64,000 nucleotides of DNA from the NCBI GenBank assembly GCA_020435965.1, contig JAGQYS010000010.1, positions 12,687 to 76,686 of the forward strand. The letters run 5' to 3'. This document shows positions 1 through 10,034 of this stretch, piece by piece. Under the pieces are notes generated by a model that saw only the letters and a list, made by a program, of their open reading frames with translations, was not told the DNA's origin and ran no database searches. Position 1 is the first letter of the stretch; each line of letters opens with the position of its first letter. This DNA is from Flavobacteriaceae bacterium. Lineage in GTDB: Bacteria > Bacteroidota > Bacteroidia > Flavobacteriales > Flavobacteriaceae. Position numbers and translations under genes: made by a program.

Positions 1-1267
1 TTATTCGTTTACCATCTTCATCAAAAAACATCTGGATAATTTGCTGTAAAGAATAAAGATGTGCATGCTTATTATTAATATTAAGAATCACATCACCAAC
101 TTCTATACCTGCTCGATAAGCTGGAGAATCAATCCGTAATTCAACAATTTTAAAAGAAGGCGCTAAAGAATATTTATAACTACCAGAGGACATAAGTGAA
201 CTAGTAGCAACAGACTCGTTAACAGACTGAAAACGTGAAATACCACGATCCTGTTCTACCGTTTTTACAACTCTAACACCATCGTGCTCTAAACTTATCC
301 CACTTTTATTATAATAAAATGGATCTGAGAAATTCCTATTTCGTTTCAAGCTTATTTTTCGATTAGGATAATCAAAAATGATGTTAAATCGTTTTAAAAC
401 TTCGCCAGAAATGGTACCGCTTCGTTCTTTAAACTTTCTAGCAAAACTTATTGATGTAGAGTCTGGAAATGCAACGTTAACTCTATCTAATTTAAATTTC
501 CCTAAGGAAAACCCATCTACTTTGGCTCTTTTACCATAAACACTGCCACTTAAACCTCTTCCTAAAAAGTCGTCAAAATATTTTTCAGGAATATCAATAC
601 CTCGTTCTTCATCATGAAATAGCCAAAGGGCATCGCTTCCACCAGAATCAATTAATAAAGTGACAGGGATTTCTTGATTGTTCATGGTAACAACAGCATT
701 TATATAAGGCTTGTTATTAAAAAATTCTATATCAAAAATTTCACAAGAAGAGCACCTTTTGGTTTTGTACTTATCAGGAGTATAAAGTTTAAGATATCTT
801 GAAGCATAATTTATTTCAACTACAAAATCTTTTAAAAAATCATAACCTATAATTCCATGAATGGGCACTCCAAGCCTTGGAGCAAAATTTAAATCTGGAT
901 CAAAAACCGCATATAAACTCTGGCTAATGCTTAAAGCGTTTCCAATTTTAAAAATATTGTTTCTAGATATTAAGGCTTCGACAGATTCGCCTTCGCCCAA
1001 ACCACGTAAGTATAATTTTTCTGTTTGGTTTATTTTCAATTCTTCGGTTATGTTTAAAAAATTAAAAATAATAGGTTTGCTCACTCCTGTATCAAGTAAA
1101 AATGATAGTTCAACACCATTTATTTCAACAGGAATAACAATAAGGTTATTTATTAATTTAAAGTTGATTCTATCCTTATCTCTTTCTTGAAGTACAAACT
1201 TACCTTGAGAAAAAGAAAACAAACCACACCATAAAAATAAAAAAGCAATTTTTTTTGATTGATACAT
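1..1267 (-). CDS. Secreted protein with two retropepsin-like aspartyl-protease lobes and a C-terminal PDZ-like region; 3' end lies outside the window
   Basis: Absent from the supplied ORF track because it is open at the window edge. Manual minus-strand translation from ATG 1267-1265 gives MYQSKKIAFLFLWCGLFSFSQGKFVLQERDKDRINFKLINNLIVIPVEINGVELSFLLDTGVS... with no stop down to position 2. Two aspartic-protease signatures (LLDTGVS, LLIDSGGS). C-terminal part reads ...IDSPAYRAGIEVGDVILNINNK (PDZ-like). The 861-1190 + ORF is antisense to it. Confidence 0.7.
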   Translation of the reverse strand, partial: MYQSKKIAFLFLWCGLFSFSQGKFVLQERDKDRINFKLINNLIVIPVEINGVELSFLLDTGVSKPIIFNFLNITEELKINQTEKLYLRGLGEGESVEALISRNNIFKIGNALSISQSLYAVFDPDLNFAPRLGVPIHGIIGYDFLKDFVVEINYASRYLKLYTPDKYKTKRCSSCEIFDIEFFNNKPYINAVVTMNNQEIPVTLLIDSGGSDALWLFHDEERGIDIPEKYFDDFLGRGLSGSVYGKRAKVDGFSLGKFKLDRVNVAFPDSTSISFARKFKERSGTISGEVLKRFNIIFDYPNRKISLKRNRNFSDPFYYNKSGISLEHDGVRVVKTVEQDRGISRFQSVNESVATSSLMSSGSYKYSLAPSFKIVELRIDSPAYRAGIEVGDVILNINNKHAHLYSLQQIIQMFFDEDGKRI

Positions 1268-1399
1268 TAAAAAACAAAGTATTTAACGTGTGATCTCTAA
1301 TTTACAAATCTTTTTGTAAATTCTGCATTGAACTTTAATAATTTAAATGAAATTTAAGATAAATTTTGCAACTTTGCACTTCACTTTAAAGCACACAGA

Positions 1400-2590
1400 A
1401 TGCCTAATATTTCAAATAAAGGCTTATCAATGCCACAATCGCCAATTCGTAAATTGGTTCCTTATGCTGAATTGGCCTACAGCAAAGGAAAAACAGTATA
1501 TCACTTAAATATTGGTCAGCCAGACATTAAAACACCGCAAATTGCTATGGATGCTGTTAAGGTTCACTCTTTGGATATCTTAGCGTATACACGATCTGAA
1601 GGTTCTGATGAATACAGAACAAAAATTGCCAATTATTACAGCAAGCATGATATAAATATAACAAAGCATGATATTATTGTTACCACTGGAGGAAGTGAGG
1701 CACTATTATTTGCTTTTGGAAGTGTGATGGATACTGATGATGAAATTATTATCCCAGAACCTTTTTATGCTAATTACAACGGGTTTTCAACCGCTTCAGG
1801 TGTAAAAATAGTGCCTGTAATCTCTAAAATTGAAGACAATTTTGCTTTGCCTCCAATTGAGGAATTTGAAAAACTTATCACTCCAAAAACCAAAGCAATT
1901 TTAATTTGCAATCCTGGAAATCCTACAGGCTATTTATATTCTAAAGAAGAGATAAAAAAACTTGCTGATATTGTTAAAAAACACGACTTGTTTTTAATTG
2001 CTGACGAAGTATATAGAGAATTTGCTTATGATGGCATTAAACATTATTCCATACTTCAAGAAGAAGGCTTAGACGAACATGCCATTGTGATTGATTCGGT
2101 TTCAAAACGATACAGTATGTGTGGCGCAAGAATTGGTTGCTTGGTTTCAAGAAACAAAGCGGTAATTGCTACAGCACTAAAATTTGCACAAGCACGATTG
2201 AGCCCTCCAACTTTAGCTCAAATAGCCAGTGAAGCTGCCTTAGACACACCACAAAGTTATTTTGATGATGTGATTAATGAGTATGTAAAACGCAGAAACA
2301 CCTTAATTTCTGAGCTTAAAAAAATCGAAGGATTAAAAGTAGCTACGCCAAAAGGAGCATTTTATTGTATTGTAGAACTACCTGTAAAAAACTCTGATGA
2401 TTTTGCCCAATGGCTATTAGAATCGTTTGATGTAAATGGCGAAACCGTTATGGTAGCTCCAGCTGGAGGCTTTTACTCATCACCTGGAGTTGGCCTTAAC
2501 CAAATCAGGATTGCTTACGTCCTTAAAGAAGAAAGCCTTATCAAAGCTGTACATATTTTAAAGGAAGCCCTTAAGGTATACCAAGATTAG
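1400..2590 (+). CDS. PLP-dependent aminotransferase, class I (aspartate/aromatic aminotransferase-like)
   Basis: 396 aa; NPGNPTG and SVSKRYSMCGARIG (PLP-lysine region) patterns typical of class I aminotransferases. Confidence 0.88.
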   Translation: MPNISNKGLSMPQSPIRKLVPYAELAYSKGKTVYHLNIGQPDIKTPQIAMDAVKVHSLDILAYTRSEGSDEYRTKIANYYSKHDINITKHDIIVTTGGSEALLFAFGSVMDTDDEIIIPEPFYANYNGFSTASGVKIVPVISKIEDNFALPPIEEFEKLITPKTKAILICNPGNPTGYLYSKEEIKKLADIVKKHDLFLIADEVYREFAYDGIKHYSILQEEGLDEHAIVIDSVSKRYSMCGARIGCLVSRNKAVIATALKFAQARLSPPTLAQIASEAALDTPQSYFDDVINEYVKRRNTLISELKKIEGLKVATPKGAFYCIVELPVKNSDDFAQWLLESFDVNGETVMVAPAGGFYSSPGVGLNQIRIAYVLKEESLIKAVHILKEALKVYQD

Positions 2591-3603
2591 TGCACATTCA
2601 AAAAAACATATCGCTAAAGCCTTACAACACATTTGGCATTGATGTACTTGCGAAACAATTTGTTTCAATCAATAGTATCAATGAATTGATTGATGTTTTA
2701 AAATCTGAAAACCATCAATCAAAATTCATTTTAGGAGGAGGTAGCAATATGTTGCTAACCCAAGATATTGATGCCTTAGTCTTACATCTCAATTTAAAAG
2801 GTATTTCAATTATATCTAAATCTGAAAATACAGTTTTAGTAAAAGCTTCTGCAGGAGAAAATTGGCATAACTTTGTGTTGTGGTGTATTGATAATGATTT
2901 TGGAGGTGTTGAAAATTTATCCTTAATTCCAGGGAATGTTGGCACTGCTCCTATTCAAAATATTGGTGCTTATGGTGTTGAACTAAAAGATGTATTTGAC
3001 TCTTGTGAAGCCTTGCATATAAGTTCTGGCACTATAAGAACATTTAACCATCAAGATTGTCAGTTTGATTATAGAAATTCAGTATTTAAAAATGAAAAGA
3101 AAGGTGAATTCATCATACTGAATGTCACTTTTAAACTAACCACAAAAAATCATCAAATTAAAACTGATTATGGTGCTATTGCCAGTGAGTTAAAGCAAAA
3201 AAACATTAAAAAACCAACCATAAAAGATGTTTCAAAAGTAGTGATTGCAATACGTTCGTCAAAGCTTCCAGATCCAAAAAAAATTGGAAACAGTGGTAGT
3301 TTCTTTAAAAACCCTGTCATTTCAATAAAACATTACAGTGCGCTCAAGCAAAATTTTCCAGATATGCCAAGTTATAGTGTTTCAGAAAATTTGGTTAAAG
3401 TTCCTGCTGGTTGGTTAATTGAGCATGCTGGTTTTAAGGGTAAAACTTTTGGCAATTATGGTGTTCATAAAAACCAAGCTTTGGTTTTAGTAAACTATGG
3501 CAATGCTAACGGAATTGACATTAAAAATTTGGCACAACTTATTCAAAAAACAATTGTCAGAATTTTCAATATTGAGCTAGAAGTAGAAGTGAATATTATT
3601 TAA
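2590..3603 (+). CDS. murB: UDP-N-acetylenolpyruvoylglucosamine reductase
   Basis: 337 aa; FAD-binding N-terminus (FILGGGSNMLL), GSFFKNP and PAGWLIEHAGFKG MurB C-terminal motifs. GTG start overlaps the upstream TAG by 1 nt. Confidence 0.9.
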   Translation: MHIQKNISLKPYNTFGIDVLAKQFVSINSINELIDVLKSENHQSKFILGGGSNMLLTQDIDALVLHLNLKGISIISKSENTVLVKASAGENWHNFVLWCIDNDFGGVENLSLIPGNVGTAPIQNIGAYGVELKDVFDSCEALHISSGTIRTFNHQDCQFDYRNSVFKNEKKGEFIILNVTFKLTTKNHQIKTDYGAIASELKQKNIKKPTIKDVSKVVIAIRSSKLPDPKKIGNSGSFFKNPVISIKHYSALKQNFPDMPSYSVSENLVKVPAGWLIEHAGFKGKTFGNYGVHKNQALVLVNYGNANGIDIKNLAQLIQKTIVRIFNIELEVEVNII

Positions 3604-3709
3604 ACAATTTTTCCTTTACTTGAACGTTTGCTAAGTTTCAGCGCTCAAATTGGTACAATTGTTGCCATTTTTTAGTAAATTTAAACGCATCCTAACAAAT
3701 TAAATACGC

Positions 3710-4240
3710 TTGATTACAGATTTAGAAAAGGAAATCGTGAGCCTTTTAAAAAAAGGAGATAAAAGAGCAATTTCAATTATATATGAAAATTACTCAAGCG
3801 CTCTTTATGGTGTTATTTTAAAAATAACCATAGATGAAGCCATTGCTGAAGATGCATTACAAGAAAGCATTATTAAAATTTGGCGATACGCCAAAAAATA
3901 TGATGCCGAAAAAGCTAAGCTTTTCACATGGATGTATCGTATTGCAAGAAACACTGCTATTGACAAATTAAGAAGCCATAACTTAAAATTTACTAAAGAA
4001 GTCCAAATTTCAGATTCAAACGTATATAAGTTATCAACAGACAGTATAAATCAAGACGCGATTGATTTAAAAAAACATGTTGCAAACTTAGACTCTAAGT
4101 ACCAAATTGTGTTAAACGCTCTTTATTTTGAGGGCATGACACAACAAGAAGCTAGCGAAGAATTAAATATTCCGTTAGGCACTATAAAGTCTAGATTAAA
4201 AATTGGATTAAGAGAATTAAAAAAGGTCTATAATCCTTAA
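3710..4240 (+). CDS. ECF-type RNA polymerase sigma factor
   Basis: 176 aa; region 2 (FTWMYRIARNTAIDKLR) and region 4 HTH (MTQQEASEELNIPLGTIKSRL); TTG start. Confidence 0.85.
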   Translation: MITDLEKEIVSLLKKGDKRAISIIYENYSSALYGVILKITIDEAIAEDALQESIIKIWRYAKKYDAEKAKLFTWMYRIARNTAIDKLRSHNLKFTKEVQISDSNVYKLSTDSINQDAIDLKKHVANLDSKYQIVLNALYFEGMTQQEASEELNIPLGTIKSRLKIGLRELKKVYNP

Positions 4241-4251
4241 AACGTAAAGTC

Positions 4252-5049
4252 ATGAAAACAAAAGTACTCAATTTTTTAAATTCTGGATTACTGGATAAGT
4301 ATGTTATTGGTGCTACGACAGACTTAGAATCTAAACAAGTAGAAGATTACATTAACAAATACCCAGAAATTGAAGAAGAATACAACTTACTTCAAGAACA
4401 ATTGGAGTTGGCAGCCAGGACCAATGCTGTTAAACCTCCAACAAATGTATTGGCATCTATTTTAAATGAACTAGATGAAAAACCTGTTATCACCTTGAAC
4501 GAAACAAGAAAAAGATCAAAATCATGGTATAGCATTGCGGCAAGTATTGCTGCACTAGTATTTGCAGGTTCGTCATATATGCTTTACACTAAAAATCAAG
4601 TATTACTTGAAGAAAACAATACCATAGCTGAAGAAGTTTTTGATTTAAGAAAAGATATCAACGAAAACAACAATAAACTTGATAATGTACTTCGTGCATT
4701 TAATAGGCTAAACAATCCTGAAACCGAAAAATACGTGCTTCGAGGAAACGAAAGAGCTAAAGAACTAAAAACCGTTGCGTATATAAATCCTATTGATAAG
4801 TCTTCATTGATTGATGTGGTTTCATTACCTAAACTTTCAGATGAGCAAACCTATCAAATGTGGGCAAATTTACAAGATAGAAAGATAAACTTAGGAACAT
4901 TAGACGCCTCAAATGGCAAGCTAAAATCTGTTCCTTACATTGAAGATGCTCTAAGTTTAAGTATTACCATTGAGCCAAAAAACGGCAACAAAATGACATC
5001 TTCAGAGAATTCTGTTGCTGAAATACCTATAAAAAACAAAGACAATTAG
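4252..5049 (+). CDS. Anti-sigma factor (RskA-like C-terminal domain), single-pass membrane protein
   Basis: Starts 11 nt after the sigma gene. One TM (WYSIAASIAALVFAGSSYMLY). C-terminal YQMWA...SITIEPKNG pattern as in anti-sigma-K/RskA family. Confidence 0.7.
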   Translation: MKTKVLNFLNSGLLDKYVIGATTDLESKQVEDYINKYPEIEEEYNLLQEQLELAARTNAVKPPTNVLASILNELDEKPVITLNETRKRSKSWYSIAASIAALVFAGSSYMLYTKNQVLLEENNTIAEEVFDLRKDINENNNKLDNVLRAFNRLNNPETEKYVLRGNERAKELKTVAYINPIDKSSLIDVVSLPKLSDEQTYQMWANLQDRKINLGTLDASNGKLKSVPYIEDALSLSITIEPKNGNKMTSSENSVAEIPIKNKDN

Positions 5050-5064
5050 AGCAATCTAATTGCT

Positions 5065-5125
5065 AAAGAGAGGCTTCCTAAGAATTGATTAATAGCATTA
5101 TCCTTAAATTAGAAGCCTCTTTTTT
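5065..5125. terminator. Possible bidirectional terminator between convergent anti-sigma and aqpZ genes
   Basis: aaagagaggcttc (5065-5077) pairs with gaagcctcttt (5112-5123), followed by a T run; the loop is long (about 34 nt), so the call is weak. Confidence 0.35.
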
Positions 5126-5127
5126 AT

Positions 5128-5829
5128 TTAATTATTTTCGGTTGCAATACCATACTTCCAAATAAGTGTACCTAGAATACCACCAGCTAAAGGCGCCACA
5201 ATAAACAACCAAAGCTGTTGCAACGCCATACCTTGAGCTAGCACTGCAGGCCCAAAACTTCTAGCGGGATTCACAGAAGTTCCAGTTACTGGAATAACAA
5301 CCATGTGAATTAACACTAAAGTAATACCTATAGCCAATCCAGCCATTGTAGAATTACCTAATTTAGACGTTACTGCATGAATAACAATCAAGAAAATTGC
5401 AGTAAATACCAATTCTGCTATAAATGCCGATTGCATACTGTAATTCCCTAAGTATCCTTCTCCCCAGCCATTAGAGCCATAAGCCCATTCGCCAACTTCA
5501 AAACCAGATTGACCATTTAAGATAAGTGATAGTACTAAAGCACCTAGAAGCGCTCCAATACATTGCGCTATCACGTAACCAACTGTATCTTTCATAGATA
5601 ACTTGCCAGCTACAAGCATTCCAACGGAAATTGCTGGGTTAATGTGGCATCCTGAAATTGGACCAATAGCATAAGCCATAGCTACAACCGCTAAACCAAA
5701 AGCAAGTGAGATACCTAATAAACCAAGCCCTGAAACTGCTCCAACAGATCCACCAGCAATGGCAGCTGCACCACAACCAAATAAGACCAAGCAAAACGTT
5801 CCGAATAATTCTGAAATAAGTTTTTTCAT
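5128..5829 (-). CDS. aqpZ: Aquaporin Z
   Basis: 233 aa, six hydrophobic segments, both NPA boxes (HINPAISV and SVNPARSF). Confidence 0.93.
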   Translation of the reverse strand: MKKLISELFGTFCLVLFGCGAAAIAGGSVGAVSGLGLLGISLAFGLAVVAMAYAIGPISGCHINPAISVGMLVAGKLSMKDTVGYVIAQCIGALLGALVLSLILNGQSGFEVGEWAYGSNGWGEGYLGNYSMQSAFIAELVFTAIFLIVIHAVTSKLGNSTMAGLAIGITLVLIHMVVIPVTGTSVNPARSFGPAVLAQGMALQQLWLFIVAPLAGGILGTLIWKYGIATENN

Positions 5830-5968
5830 AAAAAAATAATTAATGGTTAGTTAGTAATAAATATAAACAATTATAAATAAGACACTTAAAAAAATTCGAA
5901 GTCACAAATACTATACTTATCTAAAAAAAAGAAATTTAAAGCCTCCTAAGTAATTTATTAGAAAACAT

Positions 5969-5976
5969 TATCTTTG
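5969..5976 (+). promoter_or_regulatory. Bacteroidota-type -7 promoter box (TAtcTTTG)
   Basis: TATCTTTG 18 nt upstream of ATG 5994; matches the TAnnTTTG -7 consensus described for Bacteroides/Flavobacterium sigma-A promoters. Confidence 0.5.
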
Positions 5977-5993
5977 CACAAAGAAATTACACA

Positions 5994-6197
5994 ATGAAAC
6001 TTCTACTTATTACACTTGTCATATTAGCTTTGTGCATTGCAGGAATTGCCATAAAACTTTGGGCAAAAAAAGACGGACAATTTGCTGGAACATGTGCAAG
6101 CCAAAACCCAATGCTAAACAAAGATGGCGAAGCTTGCGGGTTTTGTGGCAGAACTCCAGATCAGTTTAAAGATTGCAATGACCCTAAACATTCTTAG
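5994..6197 (+). CDS. Small Cys-rich membrane protein, unknown function
   Basis: 67 aa; N-terminal TM (LLLITLVILALCIAGIAI), then CASQNP...CGFCG...C. Preceded by a -7 box and followed 6 nt later by the glycosyltransferase gene. Confidence 0.45.
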   Translation: MKLLLITLVILALCIAGIAIKLWAKKDGQFAGTCASQNPMLNKDGEACGFCGRTPDQFKDCNDPKHS

Positions 6198-6203
6198 TTT
6201 TCA

Positions 6204-7316
6204 ATGTTTTTGTTTGATGTGCTGCTTTACGCATTCTTAGTAATTGTTGGCATTCAATTTGTTTATTACGTTATTATATTCTCTAAGTTCTCTTTTGCAG
6301 AAGGAGACAAACCATCCTTAAAGAACATTCCCGTTTCGGTTATTATTTGTGCTAAAAACGAAGCCAAAAATTTATCAGTTTTAATTCCAAAATTATTAGA
6401 GCAAGATTACAAACAATTTGAAATTGTATTGATAAATGATGCTTCAAGTGATAATAGCTTGGAGATCATGGAATCTTTTATGTTTAAATATTCAAACATA
6501 AAAATTGTTAATGTTGTAAATAATGAAGCCTTTTGGGGAAACAAAAAATACGCTTTAACGCTTGGCATAAAAGCAGCTACTCATGAGTTTTTGTTGTTTA
6601 CAGATGCAGATTGCATTCCTAATTCAAAATACTGGATTAAAACAATTAGCAGTCATTTTTCCAAAAATAAATCAATCGTTATTGGCTATGGAGCCTATGC
6701 TAAGCAAAAAGGTTCTTTTTTAAATAAGCTTATTCGGTTTGAAACACTACTTACGGCCGTACAATATTTTTCGTACACAAAAATTGGATTGCCATATATG
6801 GCAGTTGGGCGAAATTTAGCCTATAAAAAAGAGACCTTTTTTAAAACTAATGGTTTTATTAGCCATTTTAAAATAAGATCTGGTGATGATGATTTATTCG
6901 TAAATGAAGCTGCGACCAAAAAAAATACAAGCATTTGCTTTTCTGAAGATAGTTTTACTATATCCAAGCCTAAAACAACATTTATTGAGTGGTTCAATCA
7001 AAAACGTCGTCATGTATCAACAGCACACCATTACAAATTTAAGCACAAGTTCATGCTCGGTTTGTTTTATGTTTCACAATTCCTTTTTTGGCTGTTGGCT
7101 ATTGTACTTCTCGCTGTTGCTTTTAAACCAATAACAGTAATGTTACTTATTGGTTTAAGATTTATGTTTCAATATGGAATCATTGGCTCTTCAGCAAAAA
7201 AATTAAATGAAAAAGACATTATTTTGCTATTACCATTATTAGAACTCTTTTTAATTATTTTTCAATTCTATATCTTTATAACCAATCTTGTATCAAAACC
7301 AACACATTGGAAATAA
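6204..7316 (+). CDS. Family 2 glycosyltransferase, membrane-bound
   Basis: 370 aa; VSVIICAKNE...VLINDASSDNS...FTDADC GT-A motifs; N- and C-terminal TM helices. Confidence 0.8.
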   Translation: MFLFDVLLYAFLVIVGIQFVYYVIIFSKFSFAEGDKPSLKNIPVSVIICAKNEAKNLSVLIPKLLEQDYKQFEIVLINDASSDNSLEIMESFMFKYSNIKIVNVVNNEAFWGNKKYALTLGIKAATHEFLLFTDADCIPNSKYWIKTISSHFSKNKSIVIGYGAYAKQKGSFLNKLIRFETLLTAVQYFSYTKIGLPYMAVGRNLAYKKETFFKTNGFISHFKIRSGDDDLFVNEAATKKNTSICFSEDSFTISKPKTTFIEWFNQKRRHVSTAHHYKFKHKFMLGLFYVSQFLFWLLAIVLLAVAFKPITVMLLIGLRFMFQYGIIGSSAKKLNEKDIILLLPLLELFLIIFQFYIFITNLVSKPTHWK

Positions 7317-7858
7317 TTGAAGCCATTGAAAAGGCAAAAAAGAACAATCAAATTGCATTCAATTTTTTACTCGATAAGTTTTGGAACGATGTCTACGGAT
7401 TTCTTCTAAAACGTACTGAAAATGAAAATGATGCTGAAGACATATCTATTGAAACATTTTCACGTGCGTTTGATAAGATAAGTTTCTACGACCCGAAATA
7501 TAAGTTTAAAACATGGCTTATTACTATTGCCAAAAACATTCATGTTGATTTTTTAAGAAAGAAAAAGAACATTATTTCAAGCGATAAAAGTAAAGATGAT
7601 GAACATCATGCAAATTTAATTATTGATGAATCACCTTCGCCTGAAGACACTTTAATTACTGAGCAAAATTTAGCAAAACTTTTGCGTGATATTAAAAAAC
7701 TAAAACCTCATTATCAGGAAGTTATTAATTTAAGATACTTTCAGGAATTAAGTTACCAAGAAATTTCTGATGAACTCCAAGAACCAATGAGCAATGTAAA
7801 AGTCAAACTGCTTCGTGCCAAAAAACTGTTGGCAGAAATTATCCGAAAGAAAAAATGA
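7307..7858 (+). CDS. Sigma-70 family (ECF-like) RNA polymerase sigma factor
   Basis: 183 aa; region 2 (FKTWLITIAKNIHVDFLRK) and region 4 (LSYQEISDELQEPMSNVKVKLLRA). TTG start overlapping the GT2 gene by 10 nt; no in-frame ATG nearby. Confidence 0.78.
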   Translation: MEIIEAIEKAKKNNQIAFNFLLDKFWNDVYGFLLKRTENENDAEDISIETFSRAFDKISFYDPKYKFKTWLITIAKNIHVDFLRKKKNIISSDKSKDDEHHANLIIDESPSPEDTLITEQNLAKLLRDIKKLKPHYQEVINLRYFQELSYQEISDELQEPMSNVKVKLLRAKKLLAEIIRKKK

Positions 7859-9069
7859 CAGCAATTTTAAAGAAATTAGGCCCTGGCTTACTATTTGCAG
7901 GTGCAGCCATTGGAGTTTCACATTTAGTACAATCTACAAGGGCTGGAGCTGATTTTGGTTTGGGCTTACTTTGGGCTTTACTTTTGGTTAATTTATTTAA
8001 ATATCCTTTTTTTCAATTTGGCCCTCGTTATGCTTCGGCAACTGGAGAAAGTCTATTGGATGGATATAAAAAATTAGGAAAAGGTATTTTAATTGCTTAT
8101 TATATCTTAACATTTGCCACCATGTTTACTATACAAACTGCTGTTACTATTGTCACAGCTGGAATTGCCACATCACTCTTTGGCAATTTTTTAAGTATTG
8201 AAATGTGGACAGTAGTTATACTATTCATTTGCTTATTACTACTTGTTATTGGTCGTTACAACTTGCTTGATGTTTTAATGAAAATAATCATTATCACTCT
8301 AACAATAAGCACATTGGCTGCAGTTGTAGTTGCTCTTTCAAGTAACAATCAACCAATTTCGTTAACACAAATATTACCAAAAGAAACACTGGAAATTGGT
8401 TTTCTGATTGCATTTATGGGCTGGATGCCAGCACCTTTAGATATTTCTGTTTGGCACTCACTCTGGACTATTGAAAAAAAGAAAGACGATAACAACTTCG
8501 TAACAAAATCTGCTCTTTTCGATTTCAATATTGGCTACATTAGTACTATAATTTTGGGCATTTGTTTTATGTTTTTGGGCTATTTGGTTATGCATAGTCA
8601 AAACGAAACATTTAGTAGTAATGGAGGACAATTTGCAAACCAATTAATAGACATGTACACAACTAGCCTTGGTAATTGGTCTTACATTATTATTGGAATC
8701 GCAGCATTTACAACCATGTTCAGCACAACATTAACCACACTTGATGCCTCACCAAGAGCCATGCATAAAACCTCGCAACTACTATTTGGAAATACGTTTA
8801 GCAAAGGCTATTTATTCTGGATTTTATTACTTGCTACTGGAACCATCGTTATCTTTTTTGTGTTTGCTTCAGAAATGGGATTATTGGTTGAAATAGCAAC
8901 CATTTTATCCTTTCTAACAGCGCCTTTTTATGCTATAATCAATTACAAGCTCATTAGCAGCAAGCATACACCAAAAGAATGGCAACCTTCAAAAGCAGTA
9001 CATATTTTAAGCTGGTCTGGCATTCTTTTTCTATTAGGCTTTAGTATTTGGTATATATTCACTCTGTAA
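7855..9069 (+). CDS. NRAMP-like divalent metal cation transporter
   Basis: 404 aa polytopic membrane protein; N-terminus GPGLLFAGAAIGVSHLVQSTRAGADFGLGLLW resembles the MntH/NRAMP signature. ATGA overlap with the sigma gene. Confidence 0.65.
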   Translation: MTAILKKLGPGLLFAGAAIGVSHLVQSTRAGADFGLGLLWALLLVNLFKYPFFQFGPRYASATGESLLDGYKKLGKGILIAYYILTFATMFTIQTAVTIVTAGIATSLFGNFLSIEMWTVVILFICLLLLVIGRYNLLDVLMKIIIITLTISTLAAVVVALSSNNQPISLTQILPKETLEIGFLIAFMGWMPAPLDISVWHSLWTIEKKKDDNNFVTKSALFDFNIGYISTIILGICFMFLGYLVMHSQNETFSSNGGQFANQLIDMYTTSLGNWSYIIIGIAAFTTMFSTTLTTLDASPRAMHKTSQLLFGNTFSKGYLFWILLLATGTIVIFFVFASEMGLLVEIATILSFLTAPFYAIINYKLISSKHTPKEWQPSKAVHILSWSGILFLLGFSIWYIFTL

Positions 9070-9133
9070 AATTTATTCGTTGGACTTTACTGAATTTGGA
9101 TTTATGAATTTGCATATTGTTTAACTTACTTTG

Positions 9134-9141
9134 TATCTTTG
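9134..9141 (+). promoter_or_regulatory. Bacteroidota-type -7 promoter box (TAtcTTTG)
   Basis: TATCTTTG 17 nt upstream of lipA ATG 9159. Confidence 0.5.
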
Positions 9142-9158
9142 CAACTTATCATTAAAAA

Positions 9159-10034
9159 ATGACTACAGATCTTGCTTCAAATAATACAGAACGTATAGTC
9201 AAACCTAAATGGCTACGTGTAAAACTGCCAACTGGTAAAAAATACACAGAACTTCGTGGTTTAGTAGATAAATACAAATTAAATACCATTTGTACTTCTG
9301 GAAGTTGCCCAAATATGGGAGAATGTTGGGGAGAAGGTACGGCGACGTTTATGATTCTTGGTAATATCTGCACACGTTCTTGCGGATTTTGTGGCGTTAA
9401 AACTGGAAGGCCAGAAACTGTAGATTGGGACGAACCTGAAAAAGTGGCACGATCCATAAAAATCATGAACATTAAACATGCTGTGTTAACAAGTGTAGAT
9501 CGCGATGATCTAAAAGACATGGGAAGTATTATGTGGAGCGAAACTGTAAAGGCTGTAAGGCGCATGAACCCTGAAACAACCATGGAAACCCTTATTCCAG
9601 ATTTTCAAGGTATCGAAAAGCATTTAGATAGAATTTTAGAAGTTTCTCCAGAAGTCATTTCACATAACATGGAAACTGTGCGTAGATTAACAAGAGAAGT
9701 TCGCATTCAGGCAAAATACGATAGAAGTTTAGATGTTTTAAAATATTTAAAAAATTCTGGACAACGAAGAACCAAAACTGGAATCATGCTTGGCCTAGGT
9801 GAAACCCGAGACGAAGTCATAGAAACACTTCACGATTTAAAATCTGTAAATGTTGATGTTGTCACCATTGGGCAATATTTACAACCAAGTAAAAAACATT
9901 TACCAGTAAAACAGTTCATCACACCAGACCAATTTCAAGAATACAAAGAAATTGGACTTAATCTTGGCTTCAGACATGTAGAAAGCAGTGCTTTAGTTCG
10001 ATCTTCATACAAAGCACAAAAACATATCAATTAA
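9159..10034 (+). CDS. lipA: Lipoyl synthase
   Basis: 291 aa; [13 protein letters not shown] auxiliary-cluster motif and [10 protein letters not shown] radical-SAM motif. Confidence 0.95.
   Translation: MTTDLASNNTERIVKPKWLRVKLPTGKKYTELRGLVDKYKLNTICTSGSCPNMGECWGEGTATFMILGNICTRSCGFCGVKTGRPETVDWDEPEKVARSIKIMNIKHAVLTSVDRDDLKDMGSIMWSETVKAVRRMNPETTMETLIPDFQGIEKHLDRILEVSPEVISHNMETVRRLTREVRIQAKYDRSLDVLKYLKNSGQRRTKTGIMLGLGETRDEVIETLHDLKSVNVDVVTIGQYLQPSKKHLPVKQFITPDQFQEYKEIGLNLGFRHVESSALVRSSYKAQKHIN

Noticed and set aside
861-1190. 109-aa + strand ORF
   Set aside because: It lies antisense to a long, motif-bearing minus-strand ORF (aspartyl protease, 1-1267), and its low-complexity composition is typical of shadow ORFs.
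9152-9583. 143-aa and 66-aa minus-strand ORFs inside lipA
   Set aside because: They are antisense to a gene with unambiguous radical-SAM motifs. The same reasoning rejects many other track ORFs nested antisense, or in an alternative same-strand frame, within confidently identified genes. These include 2715-2945, 6904-7134, 8458-8643, 10604-10807, 11124-11363, 12016-12300, 12565-12819, 14046-14228, 15462-15662, 16422-16607, 17268-17450, 17527-17877, 27323-27517, 28047-28295, 28317-28598, 29932-30117, 31230-31463, 32715-32987, 35703-35966, 45122-45319, 46407-46655, 47076-47507, 48047-48256, 48892-49797 (several), 50996-51310, 51364-51552, 53030-53224, 53434-53640, 54148-54360, 55041-55357, 55606-55806, 61350-61580, 62461-62655 and 62890-63114.
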